A DNA stretch of 28,256 bases, from contig CAYMTU010000001.1 of the NCBI GenBank assembly GCA_964393455.1, positions 1 to 28,256 on the forward strand. Reading direction: 5' to 3'. Shown piece after piece: positions 27,139-28,256 of the stretch. The notes under the pieces are model-generated. The model was not told the DNA's origin and did no database searches. It worked only from the letters and a program-made list of their open reading frames with translations. Position 1 is the stretch's first letter, and each line of letters begins with the position of its first letter. A program made the translations under genes and the position numbers. Source of the stretch: an uncultured Candidatus Saccharibacteria bacterium. Its GTDB lineage: Bacteria > Patescibacteriota > Saccharimonadia > Saccharimonadales > AWTP1-31.

Positions 27139-27741
27139 ATGAACAAAATAACCAACTCCACACTCATCCCCACCGTCATTGAATCGGATGGCCGAATTGA
27201 ACGTGCCTATGATATCTATAGTCGACTCTTAAAAGATCGCATTATTTTCTTAGGGGATGCTGTGAACGAGCACACTGCCAATTTAGTTGTTGCACAGCTT
27301 TTATTTCTTCATGCAGAAGATCCGAAAAAAGATATCAACTTCTATATCAACAGTCCGGGTGGAAGTGTTTATGATGCACTGGCCATTTACGACACCATGC
27401 AGTACATTGCCAATGACATTCAAACGGTTGGAATCGGCATCCAAGCATCAGCTGCAGCATTTCTACTTAGCTCTGGAACCAAAGGTAAGCGCGTTATTTT
27501 ACCTAACTCAACAGTCATGGTTCACCAACCGAGCAGCGGTACACGCGGAAAGGTCACCGATATGGAAATCGACCTAAAAGAGTCATTACGCATAAAGCAA
27601 CAGCTCAACGAGATAATGGCAAAGAATACTGGACAAACAGTCAAACAAATCCAAAACGACATGGAGCGAGATTACTGGATGACTGCCCAAGAAGCTAAAA
27701 AGTACGGCATCGTCGATAAAATCATAGCTAGTCTCAAATAA
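27139..27741 (+). CDS. clpP: ATP-dependent Clp protease proteolytic subunit
   Basis: [25 protein letters not shown], catalytic S (QASAAAFLL), H (VMVHQP) and D (MERDYWM). Start at ATG 27139; the TTG 27103 start in the ORF track is the -35 box. Confidence 0.97.
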   Translation: MNKITNSTLIPTVIESDGRIERAYDIYSRLLKDRIIFLGDAVNEHTANLVVAQLLFLHAEDPKKDINFYINSPGGSVYDALAIYDTMQYIANDIQTVGIGIQASAAAFLLSSGTKGKRVILPNSTVMVHQPSSGTRGKVTDMEIDLKESLRIKQQLNEIMAKNTGQTVKQIQNDMERDYWMTAQEAKKYGIVDKIIASLK

Positions 27742-28000
27742 AAGGGGCTGGAAATATAAAGGGGCTAACCTCTTTACGACGCAACGAAAATGAAGTACAT
27801 TTTCTTTGGTCTATTCCCGCTAAAGGCGGTGCTGGGCACCGCTAAAGCTTAAAGCGAGTCTATAATAACTATGTAACCATACAACTATAAAACTAGATTG
27901 CTATCACCCTAAAGAGCGCTGCTACGCAACTCTTACTACAAAATCCAAATAAAGTGCTTGCTTCTTAATTTTATATTCTGTATTCTTGTATTAAGAAGTA
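27741..28000. other. Non-coding cluster of hairpins and short direct repeats after clpP
   Basis: AAAGGGGCT x2; TAAAGGGG/CCTCTTTA; GAAAATG/CATTTTC; CCGCTAAAG x2; GCGGTGC-tgg-GCACCGC; CTTCTTAAT/ATTAAGAAG. Confidence 0.5.
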
Positions 28001-28196
28001 GAGTAAGTCGGGCACTGCTGTGGTATCAAAACAATACTATCAATCAGTCACTCGTCCTTAGATAATCTTCGCGCGAAACCAAATTAAACAAATATAAAAC
28101 GTCATTATCAAATCACGTGGTCTACTATCTATATGTCGTTTGTTGAGCGAGTATAGAAACGAGCATCACAAGTAATAAGCGGAGTACAAACAGCGT

Positions 28197-28256
28197 ATGG
28201 CAAAGTCTACACCCGTGTCGAAAGACAACAAGCGTGTTTATTATACAAAAACTAAT
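28197..28256 (+). CDS. Possible start of the next gene (MAKSTPVSKDNKRVYYTKTN...), truncated by the window end
   Basis: ATG 28197 is open to the window end, with GGAG about 12 nt upstream. Only 20 codons are visible. Confidence 0.3.
   Translation, partial: MAKSTPVSKDNKRVYYTKTN

Noticed and set aside
27744-27782. GGGGCT starts resembling the tmRNA 5' end
   Set aside because: No GG-TTCGAC D-loop-like signature, and no T-arm/CCA 3' end downstream.
28133-28156. Mini-ORF MSFVERV after TACTAT (28123-28128)
   Set aside because: Seven codons, and the -10-to-ATG gap is only 4 nt. Cannot be told apart from chance.

Overview
This is a mostly housekeeping region of a small-genome bacterium. The organism is most likely Candidatus Saccharibacteria (Patescibacteria/CPR). 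That is an inference from the protein styles, the compact gene packing and the leaderless gene starts. TGA serves as a stop codon (rnhB, rsmD), so the window uses the standard bacterial code. Gene order: partial CAP-type secreted protein, TrmH-family methyltransferase, orphan PilB/GspE ATPase, malic enzyme, rplS-rnhB-yraN, pepN, nusA, clpC, zincin/coiled-coil protein, radA, class A PBP, SAM methyltransferase, recG, PLC/P1-nuclease-like gene, rsmD, tRNA-Leu(TAG), DUF2268-like protease, membrane protein, hisS, tig, 98-aa ORF, clpP. I found no CRISPR array, integrase, transposase or rRNA. The most unusual signals are non-coding. (1) tRNA-Leu has an upstream copy of its own 5' half, and downstream a structured element carrying an antisense copy of its T-arm plus a rebuilt T-stem, acceptor strand and ACCA. 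(2) A 163-nt self-closing structured insert lies exactly between a strong Shine-Dalgarno and the nusA start codon, downstream of a leader terminator. (3) CIRCE (HrcA) operators overlap the -35 boxes of both clpC and clpP. (4) About a dozen genes have a -10 box only 6-9 nt before the ATG, which implies pervasive leaderless translation. All family calls come from reading motifs by eye; no database search was run.
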